Below, one piece after another: positions 20,455 to 30,547 of a stretch of 64,000 bases of DNA. The translations under genes and the position numbers were made by a program. The notes below the pieces were generated by a model, which saw only the letters and a program-made list of their open reading frames with translations, was not told where the DNA came from and did no database searches. Source of the DNA: Chthonomonadales bacterium (lineage in GTDB: Bacteria > Armatimonadota > Chthonomonadetes > Chthonomonadales > Chthonomonadaceae); NCBI GenBank assembly GCA_038217285.1, contig JBBQPO010000002.1, positions 1 to 64,000 on the forward strand, read 5' to 3'. The first letter of the stretch is position 1, and the number at the start of each line of letters is the position of its first letter.

Positions 20455-21081
20455 ATGCGGTCCTGGACGTTTATCGTGCTTGTGTGGTGTACTCTCGTCG
20501 GCACCCATGAAGTAAAAGCACAAGATTTGATGTCACATACCGACGTTGCTATAGGCTCACAAGTTTGGGCATACACTCTGTTCAACGACGAACCGACCGG
20601 TAGCCCAAACTTCATCAGCTCGTTCTATCTAGCAGTCGACGCCCCTATCTCCACAGTACTGAGTCCCACAGCATGGGATTATCAGACAGACAATAGCACC
20701 TATGTCCTGTGGTTCAACCCGGATTCTACATTGCCCTATCCCAATGATATCGCTCCGGGAAACTCCCTCGGTGGATTTGTGATTCAGAGTTCTTCCCTCA
20801 CATCGCAAATGGAGGACACTGTCGTTGCATCGTGGGATCACGGAGCGGACGCCCCAGGCCCGTCGAAAACAGGAGCGGTGCTTGCCCCGGTAGCAACGCC
20901 TGAGCCTGGAGCGGGGATGCTTTTGGCTTCCGGCGGATTCATTCTAGGACTGTGCACTCGCCGTCGAAAAATTCGACAAACGCTTATAGAGAGATCCCAC
21001 CGGGAGTTGCCAGCACGTTGCTTTGCTAAAGACGAATGCCTCAGGCAAAAAACGCCACAACAACTGTTGCTAGGCCCATAA
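20455..21081 (+). CDS. PEP-CTERM sorted surface protein
   Basis: Signal peptide; TPEPGAGMLLASGGFILGLCTRRRK. Confidence 0.8.
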   Translation: MRSWTFIVLVWCTLVGTHEVKAQDLMSHTDVAIGSQVWAYTLFNDEPTGSPNFISSFYLAVDAPISTVLSPTAWDYQTDNSTYVLWFNPDSTLPYPNDIAPGNSLGGFVIQSSSLTSQMEDTVVASWDHGADAPGPSKTGAVLAPVATPEPGAGMLLASGGFILGLCTRRRKIRQTLIERSHRELPARCFAKDECLRQKTPQQLLLGP

Positions 21082-21529
21082 TGAGTAATAATGTCTTTCT
21101 CTTGAATGATGTGGCTCCAAACCCATACCAAATAGATGCAAGCGAGACGGTATAAAGGATAAGAGCAATGGACCACATATCCCCCTTTGCTCTAGATTGG
21201 AGTAAGCTGCATGCCGGTGCTCCCACCGCAGTTGAATCGCAGTTTGAGAAGACATAAACTGCCCACACGGCACTAATCATAACATACCAAAGTGTAATAC
21301 CTAACGCCGTTGTCAGGCCGTACCTCATTTCCCGTCGGTTAGCAATCGCAAAGCTGGCAGGAGCAACGAGTACGCATATATAGGAAGCGGCTAAGAAGAA
21401 TGTGGGGTCAAACCATTCGGTATATTTTACTAGGGGGGTAGCGATCATTCCAAAGAAAAAAATAAACATAACGAGCCCGCCCACGGGTGGACCATAGGCC
21501 AAGATGCGGTAGGAAAGTTTAGATTTCAT
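21041..21529 (-). CDS. Hypothetical membrane protein
   Basis: 4-5 hydrophobic helices. Confidence 0.55.
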   Translation of the reverse strand: MKSKLSYRILAYGPPVGGLVMFIFFFGMIATPLVKYTEWFDPTFFLAASYICVLVAPASFAIANRREMRYGLTTALGITLWYVMISAVWAVYVFSNCDSTAVGAPACSLLQSRAKGDMWSIALILYTVSLASIWYGFGATSFKRKTLLLIMGLATVVVAFFA

Positions 21530-21980
21530 AACGGACGTATTTACTAACTGCTTGGAGGCTACCTACATGTTCATTATGTCCTCCTGACGCTCTCTAAGCA
21601 AGAGCACTGGACGATCAACTTTTAGGTGCTGTCAGGTGTATAAAATGTTTTAGATTGCTCGCCATACGGATCAATTGTTCGATTTGGAGGATGCCACAGG
21701 CTTTACAAAAACCATTGTGTACGGAGCCATGCGGGCTGCAATTCAGTGAGCCCTCAGCTTGGTTCGATAGTGCGGCTCTCGCCGCCTATGTCGCTCAGGC
21801 GTGCGGAGCCGAAGTGTCGGGATAAGCCATGTGATGATCTTTAGTGTTAGGCGAAGCAGGGTTAGATTGAGGTCTACAGCCTCGTCAAGAGCTACGCGGT
21901 TTCAGGGTACTACCTTTGTCTTTTGATTAATCGTCGGGATTGTGAGGGATGTTTTGTTACGAGGCGATCGGATAACTGCT

Positions 21981-22844
21981 CTAGCAAAACTGCCGCAATG
22001 GCTCATGCGTGAAGGCATTGATGATGAGCGCCACGAACGCGGCAGCGATGTGGCGCTCGGTTGGGTCGCCAAGCGGTAAGAGTTTCGTGAGGAACTCCAC
22101 GGATGCTTGGTATAGTTCTAATGCAAAGGCTATGAGCAGGCCAAACACCAGCGTTGCGCGGATGACTACCTGTACGTTGAAGAGGTGCTTCGAGACGGCG
22201 GCGTAAGCGACGGTGCTGAGGAAAATGATCGTTGAGACGGTGCCGATATGGATATAGGCAAAATCTCCGAATAGGTACGGTAATGCAGCGTTGGTGATAA
22301 TGCCAATAGCGGTGGTTACGAGAATCCCCGCGCCGACCAGACGCAGTTGACTCTGCACGACGCGCGGCAGGGTTGTGGCTGGCCGAAGCGCACCCCAGAT
22401 GCCGGCAACCAGGTAGATCACAATGTGCACGATGTAGAGCGGGAAGAGTACGCCATACGTCGTCACGTGCACCGCGCCCTGCACCGCCTCGGCGCGGTCA
22501 ACGAAGGGCGTTCCAAGTGCAAGGACCGCAAGTAGCAAGCTCTCGCCCCAGAGCCAGTATGTTTCTGGATGGAGGTGTTTCCGCAGGGCGGCCACAAACC
22601 CGTAGACGGCGGGCGCGACGAGGGCCACTGCTGCGAAATTGGCCCGGCCGAGCCAGAGCAGGGTTGCTCCCTGGTTCTGGGCCGCGAACACGAAGAGCGT
22701 TCCGACCCAAGCGAGCAGGGTAAGTGCCAGGAGCGCGTAGGCCCGGTTCAAGCGGTCGAAGGGATCGCGCGAAACCACGTAGAGGGCTGAGCCAAAGAGG
22801 AACGCCAGGCAGAGCAGGTAGAGCGAGGCAATGGTGAGCGACAT
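21981..22844 (-). CDS. HisKA_7TM-type membrane sensor domain with no output domain (possibly truncated)
   Basis: Multi-TM pattern RDPFDRLNRAYALL, YGVLFPLY, YAAVSKHLFNV; ends abruptly at HEPLRQFC. Confidence 0.75.
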   Translation of the reverse strand: MSLTIASLYLLCLAFLFGSALYVVSRDPFDRLNRAYALLALTLLAWVGTLFVFAAQNQGATLLWLGRANFAAVALVAPAVYGFVAALRKHLHPETYWLWGESLLLAVLALGTPFVDRAEAVQGAVHVTTYGVLFPLYIVHIVIYLVAGIWGALRPATTLPRVVQSQLRLVGAGILVTTAIGIITNAALPYLFGDFAYIHIGTVSTIIFLSTVAYAAVSKHLFNVQVVIRATLVFGLLIAFALELYQASVEFLTKLLPLGDPTERHIAAAFVALIINAFTHEPLRQFC

Positions 22845-22910
22845 GGGTGAATGCTAGAATCTGCCGGTATGCCCCAGGCGTACAGCGCGCAGGGGAGGGT
22901 ACCTTCTCCA

Positions 22911-23546
22911 CTATGGCAGAGTCGCAATAGAGGCACAAGCAGGGCGAATGCCCGGCTGGAGTGCCTGTCCGATGAGGCTGCGGTAGCTGGGGAAACGCAG
23001 CGCCATCTCCATGAGCGCACCAGCGACTTCTCGCACGTCTAAGCGGCAGAGATAGGCTGGCTCACCCCAGTGTTCCCGTAGGTCGCCGATCACCTCCAAC
23101 GGGAACCCGACCTTGCGGTAGCGGTTCAGCATCTTGGACGTGGACTGCAGCACGAGGCTCTCGATCTGCTCGGCGATGCAGAGCCTCCAGAGTGCGGTAC
23201 AGAGCGGCCAGAACAGCCCCGGGCGCCCCCGCCACTCCGGACGGACCGCCAGGATCGTCACCTCGGCGACCTCACCTGCGGCATGCACCTCGATCTCCGG
23301 CCAGACCGCCCGATACGGCATGGAATGTAATGCCGACCGGACGATCTGCATGCCGCCGACAATCACCCCCTCCACCTGTGCCGCCAGGTGATAGGCCGGC
23401 TCCGTGTAGGCACGCAGTTGCCCGCCCGGACACCAGCCCTCCTGTGCAGCGATCTCCTCGAACACGACAAGTAAACCCTCCACGTCCGCAGGCCCGCTCA
23501 GGTGCGTCACCGTCACCGCTCCCCGCTTGTTGACTACCGTCTCCAT
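22911..23546 (-). CDS. GNAT-fold acyltransferase, FeeM / LuxI-like
   Basis: AQEGW, VGGMQIV, AEVTILAVRPEWRG, YRKVGFPLEVIG. Confidence 0.6.
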   Translation of the reverse strand: METVVNKRGAVTVTHLSGPADVEGLLVVFEEIAAQEGWCPGGQLRAYTEPAYHLAAQVEGVIVGGMQIVRSALHSMPYRAVWPEIEVHAAGEVAEVTILAVRPEWRGRPGLFWPLCTALWRLCIAEQIESLVLQSTSKMLNRYRKVGFPLEVIGDLREHWGEPAYLCRLDVREVAGALMEMALRFPSYRSLIGQALQPGIRPACASIATLP

Positions 23547-23673
23547 GCGTCACCTTCCTTTGCAACAGTGCCTCAATATACTCGCTAGTATACCCTATAT
23601 ACTACCACTTGGTAGTCTTTGCTGTGCCTCCGTTCTGCCATAATCGGCCAACTTGCAGAACGGACACACTCTC

Positions 23674-23961
23674 ATGCCGCGTGGCGCCTACCAGCTTCGC
23701 ACCCCTGACAATCGGATGAACCTCATTGGCACCCGGGTTCGGGAGCGTCGGAAGGCCCAGCAGTGGACACAGGACACCCTCTGCGCCCGCATTGCCGTAG
23801 TGACCGAGGGGGCATGGAATCCAGAATGGCGGGACATTGTTCGTATCGAGAGCGGAACCCGCAAGGTCTCGGATCTTGAACTCCTGGTACTAGCCGCTGC
23901 CCTGGAGTGTAGCGCGGCCTGGTTGCTTCAGGAAACAAACGCTACGCCCCCTGTTCTGTAG
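23674..23961 (+). CDS. XRE-family HTH regulator
   Basis: NLIGTRVRERRKAQQWTQDTL..RIESGTRKVSDLELLVLAAAL. Confidence 0.85.
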   Translation: MPRGAYQLRTPDNRMNLIGTRVRERRKAQQWTQDTLCARIAVVTEGAWNPEWRDIVRIESGTRKVSDLELLVLAAALECSAAWLLQETNATPPVL

Positions 23962-24106
23962 TGTGCCTACTTCCGGATACCCGGTACTCTCTATGGTTGT
24001 AGATTCTCTGCAATATCTCTGTTCTGACTCGTCTACTGACCAGAACTTACTACAAGCTTCTCCACCGCTAGAATCCCCTCCCACGATAGAGATCGTCTCT
24101 GACGCC

Positions 24107-24155
24107 GTTGCGCCGGCGCACCCTGACGTGCTCTCTGTTCCACCCTCTCTATGCT
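24107..24155 (+). promoter_or_regulatory. Element promoter motif, copy 1
   Basis: GTTGC-N6-GCACC, 27 bp, TATGCT. Confidence 0.65.
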
Positions 24156-24251
24156 CCTCCTAAAGAGCACGGCTTCCTATTCAGAGGGCGTCGTACATCC
24201 TGCTCTTTATGCACGACAGCGCGCGTCGCTGTCGGAGAGGAGAACACCATC

Positions 24252-24986
24252 ATGGTTCGCACCGTAAAGGGGATCACCCTGACGCCTGATGAGCGCAAAC
24301 AGGCGGGCTACGACAAGGAGAACACGAAGGCACATACCTGCTCCGTCATGCTGCCGAACGGGGTTTCCTGTGAAGTTTCCTACACGCGCACCAGCGCACG
24401 GATGCATAGCTTCGCGTTTGGCCATCCGATCAAGCGAACAGACTACGTCTATGCAGCGATCCCCGGTGGCATCCCCGGCATCGAGGAAAAGGCGGCGGCG
24501 CGGGCGAACGCCATGTTCCAGCAGGCGCAGGCGCAGGAGCAACAGACGATGCGGCAGAAGGCTCCCTCACATCGCACCCTGGCCTTCAAAGACGACGGCT
24601 TGCAGATAAGCGCCCGTCTCGCCGAACAACTGGCCGGACTATACGCCCCATGCGTGAAATGTAGCAGTGGCACCCTGATTCGCATCGGCGGCACCTACCG
24701 CGCACCGGAAGGAGCGCTGAAGGAAATCCAGACTGGCCGTCACCGCGCCATTCGCCTGATCAACGGGCAACAGTTCGTAGTGGGTATCTGCAACCGAGCA
24801 GCGCAGCGCTGGGAGGAGCCGATGTTCCTGAGCGTTCCCAGTCCTAATGGGGACGCCGTTACTTCTGGCGCGAATACCCCGGCTGATGTGAAAGCGGATC
24901 TGGAAGACGATGACGCGGAATCCACTAGCGCGGTGAGAAACCAAGAAGGCGATCCGATCACTGAAGAGGAGGCGTACCATGCGTGA
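24252..24986 (+). CDS. Hypothetical protein
   Basis: GAGGAG RBS, ATG 24252; overlaps next gene. Confidence 0.7.
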   Translation: MVRTVKGITLTPDERKQAGYDKENTKAHTCSVMLPNGVSCEVSYTRTSARMHSFAFGHPIKRTDYVYAAIPGGIPGIEEKAAARANAMFQQAQAQEQQTMRQKAPSHRTLAFKDDGLQISARLAEQLAGLYAPCVKCSSGTLIRIGGTYRAPEGALKEIQTGRHRAIRLINGQQFVVGICNRAAQRWEEPMFLSVPSPNGDAVTSGANTPADVKADLEDDDAESTSAVRNQEGDPITEEEAYHA

Positions 24987-25515
24987 GCTATCTCCTGTCC
25001 GCTACGATCTCCAGCTCTCTCTCCTCGGATTGCCAGCTGGCGGTACTACCCAGGTACAGGAGTGCCTGGAGGAAGCGTTAGGCGAAAGCATAGCCGAAGG
25101 AAGGGTTGTTGTATCGAGCGTCACGGAGCGTCAAACCAACGTGATACGATGTCCACCCGAGCAGTACATTACGCCCCTCAGTACCCTCTACCTCGCCTTG
25201 CCCATAGAGTGCAAGCGGGCAGAAATCCTCGACGCCCTGGCAGAGCTATATCACCATGAACTGGCCTACCTCAAGCGCAGTGTACAGGATGATCGCTGCA
25301 TCCAGGGCGTACTCGAACTGCGCGAGTGGCGGAAGGCCGGAACGCAGTTGATCTGCGAATTCCTGAGTTACGACCGGAGCGTATCTGCGGGCAGGTCTTA
25401 CAATTTTCATTTGCAAGACACCAGCCAATGGAACAACGAAGCAACCGGTTGGTATGGTCACCAGGGCGCGATTGTCGTAGACACCCTGAGCGGTGAGGTA
25501 AGCGCGCACCATTAA
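24979..25515 (+). CDS. Hypothetical protein, paralog family A
   Basis: C-terminal NFHLQDTSQW..GAIVV..GEVSAHH shared with 34210 and 34849. Confidence 0.75.
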   Translation: MRELSPVRYDLQLSLLGLPAGGTTQVQECLEEALGESIAEGRVVVSSVTERQTNVIRCPPEQYITPLSTLYLALPIECKRAEILDALAELYHHELAYLKRSVQDDRCIQGVLELREWRKAGTQLICEFLSYDRSVSAGRSYNFHLQDTSQWNNEATGWYGHQGAIVVDTLSGEVSAHH

Positions 25516-25736
25516 CCTGATACATTTCCGCCCGCAGCATCCGCTTCGGGCGTTTTCGTGTATCGATAGCCACATTCCGGATCTGCCTGCCGTTGCCGTG
25601 CCAATGGCGCCGCTGCGTTTCCTGTTTGCCAAGCGACGGAGGAGTATAGCCCGTTAATACCGTATCTATCGCCGATAGATGCCCGCAATTGACCATTCCA
25701 AAGGAACCCGAAGGCATCAGAGCGGAGAGACGACTG

Positions 25737-25994
25737 ATGGCCGACGATACCAATGAGGAGCCGCCGGACAGCGATCTGGTCGAGTTTGCGGCAGAGGTGC
25801 GGCTGATTGGCGCGGAGATCATTGCGGCAGTTGATGGCGGCCATCTCGATCAGGTGAAGGCACTTGCGACCTATCTCTGCATGGCGGCTGCCCTCATCGA
25901 ACAAGCTGGATCGGAGACCGTTGAGATTGATCCCTATGACTTGGCAAGACTGAAATTCTTTCGGGACGGCGGCACTTCGGAACTTGAGGATTAG
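25737..25994 (+). CDS. Small acidic hypothetical protein
   Basis: GGAG RBS; directly upstream of the RM gene. Confidence 0.5.
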   Translation: MADDTNEEPPDSDLVEFAAEVRLIGAEIIAAVDGGHLDQVKALATYLCMAAALIEQAGSETVEIDPYDLARLKFFRDGGTSELED

Positions 25995-26012
25995 GATGAG
26001 AGGATACAGTAT

Positions 26013-28868
26013 TTGAACGCTACAGAGTTCAAGATCCGATACCGCACCGCCAACTTGTCAGAGCGTTCCCTCGCTCAGCAGCATTTTCTGGATCTGTGTG
26101 AGGTGCTGGGGCATCGCCGCCCCGCCGAGGCAGATCCGACCGGAGAGTCGTTTACGTTCGAGAAAGCGGTGCAGAAAACCGCTGGCGGCAAGGGCTTTGC
26201 CGATGTGTGGAAAAAGGGCTTCTTTGGGTGGGAGTACAAGGGGGCAGGGGGCGACCTGAAAAAAGCGTACCAGCAACTCCTTCAGTACCGCGAGGCTCTG
26301 GACAATCCGCCGCTCCTTGTCGTTTGCGACACCCAGCGCATCGTCATCCATACCAATTTCACCAACACCCCGCATACCGAGTACGAGATGCTGCTGGAGG
26401 AGATCGATACTCCCCAGAACATGGAGCGACTGCGTGCCCTGTTCTCTGATCCCACCCGGTTGCGCCCAGGCGTAACGCGCACCGCTATCACTGAGGCCGC
26501 CGCAGCGAAATTGGCGCAGATCGCTCAGTCGATGCGTTCACGAGGGTTGGAAGCGCATGCTGTTGCCCACTTCCTCGATAGAATCATCTTTTGCCTGTTC
26601 GCCGAAGACATCGAACTGCTTCCGGCCAATCTCTTTTCGCGGATCGTGGCGAACACGCGCGGCGATACCGTCCGCTTCTCCCGACAGATCCAGACGCTGT
26701 TTGAAGCGATGGCCCATGGCGGCGACTTCGGCGCGGATGCGATTCGCTACTTCAACGGCAACCTGTTCAACGATAGTGCCGTGCTTGATCTAACTGTACC
26801 GGAGATTGAGGCAGTGAGGCAGGCCGCAGACCTTGATTGGGGCGCGGTGGATCCGTCCATATTGGGAACGCTTTTTGAGCGGGGTCTGGATCCTAAAAAC
26901 CGGACGCAACTCGGCGCGCACTATACCAGCCGTGAAGACATCGAGACCATTATCGAGCCGGTGGTCCTTACGCCTCTACGGCGGGAGTGGGACGAGGTAC
27001 GCCAGTCCGTTGAGACAATGTTGAAGCGTGACACAGTAGCGGCCAGACGACAGGCCGATCAGCGGCTGCAACAGTTTGTCGCTCGTCTCGGGCAGGTCAC
27101 GGTTCTGGATCCGGCGTGCGGTTCCGCCAATTTCCTCTACGTAACCCTGCAAAAACTCAAGGATCTGGAGAAGCAAGTCATTGACTACGCCCTCTCCCAG
27201 AACTTCACTGCGTTTCTGCCGGAGGTCGGCCCCTGGCAACTCTACGGATTGGAACTAAATCCCTATGCAGCCGATCTCGCCCAGATGACCGTCTGGATCG
27301 GGTACCTGCAGTGGCTGCGTGACCATGGCTACTTGGTGGCCGACAATCCCGTGCTCCGCTCCACCGACAACATCCGCTGTCAAGATGCTGTGATCGATCT
27401 GTCTGATCCCGCGCACCCGCAGGAGCCGGAATGGCCGAAGGTAGATTTCATCGTTGGGAACCCGCCATTTCTGGGCGACAAGGTGATGCGCGGCTCTCTC
27501 GGTGATGACTATGTGGCGGCGTTGCGCAAATTGTATGGGGGTCGGTTGGCTGGACAATCGGATCTCTGCTGCTATTGGTTCGAGAAAGCCAGACAGCAGA
27601 TACAGGATGGACGGTGTAAGCGGGCTGGGTTACTGGCGACGCAAGGCATCCGTGGTGGAGCGAACCGAAAGGTGCTGGAGCGCATCAAGGAGACGGGGGA
27701 CATCTTTTTCGCGGTAAGTGACCGGGACTGGATTCTTGATGGTGCGAATGTCCATGTGTCGATGGTTGGCTTCGACGGTGGTACCGAACAGGAACGTGTG
27801 CTGGACGGGCATCCGACACCTGAGATCCACATCAACCTGTCTGGTGCAGTAAATGTTACTCAGGCCGCCCGCTTATCCGCCAATACTGGAATCTGTTATC
27901 TTGGAGTGATGAAGGCTGGGGATTTCGATATCACGGACGCGGCAGCTCAATCAATGCTGGCAGCACCCAATCCGCACCACCGGCCCAATAGCGACGTTCT
28001 TCGGCCGCGCCTGACGGCTCGGGACATCTTACAGCGCGGAGGTAAGGGTTGGATCATCGACTTCGGATGTGAAACTACCGAAGATGAGGGTGCCTATTAC
28101 GAAGCACCCTGGCAGTACATTTCTGCAAACGTCAAACCTGTACGAGAACAAAATAGGCGTAGTCGCATGGCCGTTAAATGGTGGCTCCACGGTGAGGCGC
28201 GCCCTGGAATGCGCCGCTCGCTGACAGGTCTGAACCGTTTCATAGTTACGCCTGAAGTTTCAAAGCATCGTATCTTCATCTGGTTAGATGCAGTATATCT
28301 CGCGGATCATCAGACCCGAGCAATTGCACGTAGCGACGATTATTCATTCGGAGTATTGCAGTCACGCGTACATGAATTGTGGGCTCGCTCGCAGGGTACT
28401 CAACTACGGGAGAGTGAAAGTGGATTCCGCTACACGCCCTCGACATGCTTCGAGACATTTCCCTTTCCGGAGCCGACAGAGCAGCAACGTACAGCAATTG
28501 GTGTTGCCGCTGCGGCACTCAACGAACTGCGAGAAGGCTGGCTCAATCCGCCCGATTGGATGCGAGAGGAGATACTGAGTTTCCCCGGAGCCTTCGATGG
28601 TCCATGGTCTCGGTATGTGATCGGTCCAGGCCCTCAAGGCGTTGGAACCGTGCACTTCCCGCGCCTCATCGCCCGTGATCCTGATTGTGGCCAGAAACTG
28701 GCCACAAGAACACTGACAAACCTCTACAATCAGATGCCTGCATGGCTGGTCAATGCCCACAAACGGCTTGATTCCGCAGTCTGTTCCGCCTATGGTTGGC
28801 CCTCTGATATTGAAGATAGCGAGATCGTAGTACGGCTCTTAGCGCTCAACCTAGAAGGCTCGAAATGA
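26013..28868 (+). CDS. MmeI/YeeA-like type IIG/IIL restriction-modification enzyme
   Basis: N-terminal FADVW..WEYK (PD-(D/E)xK-like), GAHYT, DPACGS (motif I), NPPF (motif IV), C-terminal target-recognition region. Confidence 0.9.
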   Translation: MNATEFKIRYRTANLSERSLAQQHFLDLCEVLGHRRPAEADPTGESFTFEKAVQKTAGGKGFADVWKKGFFGWEYKGAGGDLKKAYQQLLQYREALDNPPLLVVCDTQRIVIHTNFTNTPHTEYEMLLEEIDTPQNMERLRALFSDPTRLRPGVTRTAITEAAAAKLAQIAQSMRSRGLEAHAVAHFLDRIIFCLFAEDIELLPANLFSRIVANTRGDTVRFSRQIQTLFEAMAHGGDFGADAIRYFNGNLFNDSAVLDLTVPEIEAVRQAADLDWGAVDPSILGTLFERGLDPKNRTQLGAHYTSREDIETIIEPVVLTPLRREWDEVRQSVETMLKRDTVAARRQADQRLQQFVARLGQVTVLDPACGSANFLYVTLQKLKDLEKQVIDYALSQNFTAFLPEVGPWQLYGLELNPYAADLAQMTVWIGYLQWLRDHGYLVADNPVLRSTDNIRCQDAVIDLSDPAHPQEPEWPKVDFIVGNPPFLGDKVMRGSLGDDYVAALRKLYGGRLAGQSDLCCYWFEKARQQIQDGRCKRAGLLATQGIRGGANRKVLERIKETGDIFFAVSDRDWILDGANVHVSMVGFDGGTEQERVLDGHPTPEIHINLSGAVNVTQAARLSANTGICYLGVMKAGDFDITDAAAQSMLAAPNPHHRPNSDVLRPRLTARDILQRGGKGWIIDFGCETTEDEGAYYEAPWQYISANVKPVREQNRRSRMAVKWWLHGEARPGMRRSLTGLNRFIVTPEVSKHRIFIWLDAVYLADHQTRAIARSDDYSFGVLQSRVHELWARSQGTQLRESESGFRYTPSTCFETFPFPEPTEQQRTAIGVAAAALNELREGWLNPPDWMREEILSFPGAFDGPWSRYVIGPGPQGVGTVHFPRLIARDPDCGQKLATRTLTNLYNQMPAWLVNAHKRLDSAVCSAYGWPSDIEDSEIVVRLLALNLEGSK

Positions 28869-29176
28869 AAAACACGCCTGCCAGTATCATCAGAAGCCTG
28901 GCGCGTGCCGACCTTACAATCCGCATAGGCAAAGATGCAGGGACGGGGGAGATATGGATGTCGCAGCAGTTGGGCGCGAGAGCAGATCCGCGCACATACT
29001 TGTCTCTGAAGAATCTCGGGATGATGGCACTGGAGTTCGACGCATTGGGAGACGACAAAGCAGCGGAGTTCGTGCGGGGAATAGTGGATCGTATCGAGCA
29101 TTCTGCCATTTTGGAAACTGTGGAAGCATCATTCTGCTTCCCTAGCACCACACAGGGACAAAAGCGCGTCCCATGA
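28865..29176 (+). CDS. Hypothetical protein
   Basis: ATGA overlap with the RM gene. Confidence 0.5.
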   Translation: MKNTPASIIRSLARADLTIRIGKDAGTGEIWMSQQLGARADPRTYLSLKNLGMMALEFDALGDDKAAEFVRGIVDRIEHSAILETVEASFCFPSTTQGQKRVP

Positions 29177-29282
29177 AGGAAGGTAACGTCTATCAACTCC
29201 TTGACGACTAGGGGAAGCAGAAGTCGGAGATTTAGGGACGTTGATTGAAACACATGCGTGCCACGACGAACAAGGATAACGG

Positions 29283-29555
29283 ATGAGAATACCAATAAAG
29301 TCGCAATCCTACCAGTGTGCCTTTCCCGAGTTTGACGATCATGGGTTTACGGTGGAAGCCACCTATCCCCGCCAAGCCGCAGAGAAGGCGGCGAATATCT
29401 GGGAGCGTGGGATCAAGGACTACCGGATTTTGCGCGGCGAGGATACCCTCCGGATCGTAGTGACGGGCCAAACGGATGGGACGGCTCACCGCATGGAGGT
29501 CCTGGGAGTGCGGGGGCGGTATGTCGCAAAAGTTATGCATGAAGGTGTAGAGTGA
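29283..29555 (+). CDS. Hypothetical protein
   Basis: AAGGA RBS; overlaps next ORF. Confidence 0.55.
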   Translation: MRIPIKSQSYQCAFPEFDDHGFTVEATYPRQAAEKAANIWERGIKDYRILRGEDTLRIVVTGQTDGTAHRMEVLGVRGRYVAKVMHEGVE

Positions 29556-29785
29556 AGTTTATCGTCGGTGACATTATCGAGCCAGAGTATCGCAGGACTT
29601 CTTTCCCTCCTGGGCATTATGAAATCATTCTGGTTGGACCTAGAGCAGTGAAACTGTGGCGTCTTTCTATAGGTGAACACGCAGCGTCCTCGTCAACGCT
29701 CAGTCGAATGATTGTCGTTCCAATCGCCATGCTGGCGATGTTTAGGTTTGTATCCGTGGCTGATCCCGACGGACAAGGAGATTAA
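29552..29785 (+). CDS. Hypothetical protein
   Basis: GTGA overlap. Confidence 0.4.
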   Translation: MKFIVGDIIEPEYRRTSFPPGHYEIILVGPRAVKLWRLSIGEHAASSSTLSRMIVVPIAMLAMFRFVSVADPDGQGD

Positions 29786-29816
29786 GGAACCAAAATGGCG
29801 TCGTATTCATAGTGTC

Positions 29817-29866
29817 TGTGCGTCCGTGCAACCCGCATTGTTGCTTCGCCATCCTCCCTATACCTT
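29817..29866 (+). promoter_or_regulatory. Element promoter motif, copy 2
   Basis: TGTGC-N6-GCAAC, 28 bp, TACCTT; TTGTTG at -35 with a 17-bp spacer. Confidence 0.6.
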
Positions 29867-29931
29867 GACTGTCGAAGGGATGTCGCTCTGCCGATCCTCC
29901 CTTAATTCCCGACACAAGGAGGGCAGGATGG

Positions 29932-30327
29932 ATGGTAACTGCTACTGACCCCGCTTGTGACCACTGCCATCGGCTGTTCGACGGTCACCCCTGCATCATC
30001 TCGTTCGGATTCACCCAGTTCCGCTACTGCGGGCGCCTCTGCCTCATAGACGCCGAGGAGGAACGTGCACAAAGATCGCGAGCCGAGGAGTACTCGCTCC
30101 TGCGACACCGGACTCGCCATTGGAAAGTTGTGGATGGGAACGGCGACATCGTGTGCGTTACCCTCTACCGCAAAGGTGCTGAGGAAGTAATTCGGCGACT
30201 ACGCCGCCGTAAGGCACCACCTTTCCGCTCCGCGACTGGTGTTTCTGCCTCAAAATCAGCTTCTGCACCGACCGAACGCTCCATAGAACCGCTATACCGC
30301 CAAAAGGTGTGCGCCAACGCGGCGTAA
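29932..30327 (+). CDS. Hypothetical protein with CxxC...CxxxC
   Basis: AAGGAGG RBS; CDHC..CGRLC. Confidence 0.6.
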   Translation: MVTATDPACDHCHRLFDGHPCIISFGFTQFRYCGRLCLIDAEEERAQRSRAEEYSLLRHRTRHWKVVDGNGDIVCVTLYRKGAEEVIRRLRRRKAPPFRSATGVSASKSASAPTERSIEPLYRQKVCANAA

Positions 30328-30436
30328 GGCCATTCTGCTGCTGATTACGCTCCCTTCTCGCCCGTATGCGTCATGCCACATACGGGCTTTTCGATATCCA
30401 GTGCCTTCCTCCTCTAATCGCTGCTCTGCTCCTTCT

Positions 30437-30486
30437 GGTGCCTGTACGCAACATCTCCTGTCGCCTTGTCCCTGCGCTGTTACGCT
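30437..30486 (+). promoter_or_regulatory. Element promoter motif, copy 3
   Basis: GGTGC-N6-GCAAC, 28 bp, TACGCT. Confidence 0.7.
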
Positions 30487-30547
30487 CATTATCGCTCTGC
30501 CACTCTCGGCAAGCACCCCCTGAGCATCGACACAAAGGAGAAGATGT

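Noticed and set aside
30301-30351. Eighth copy of the promoter motif (TACGCT at 30346)
   Set aside because: No palindrome at the 27-29 bp spacing.
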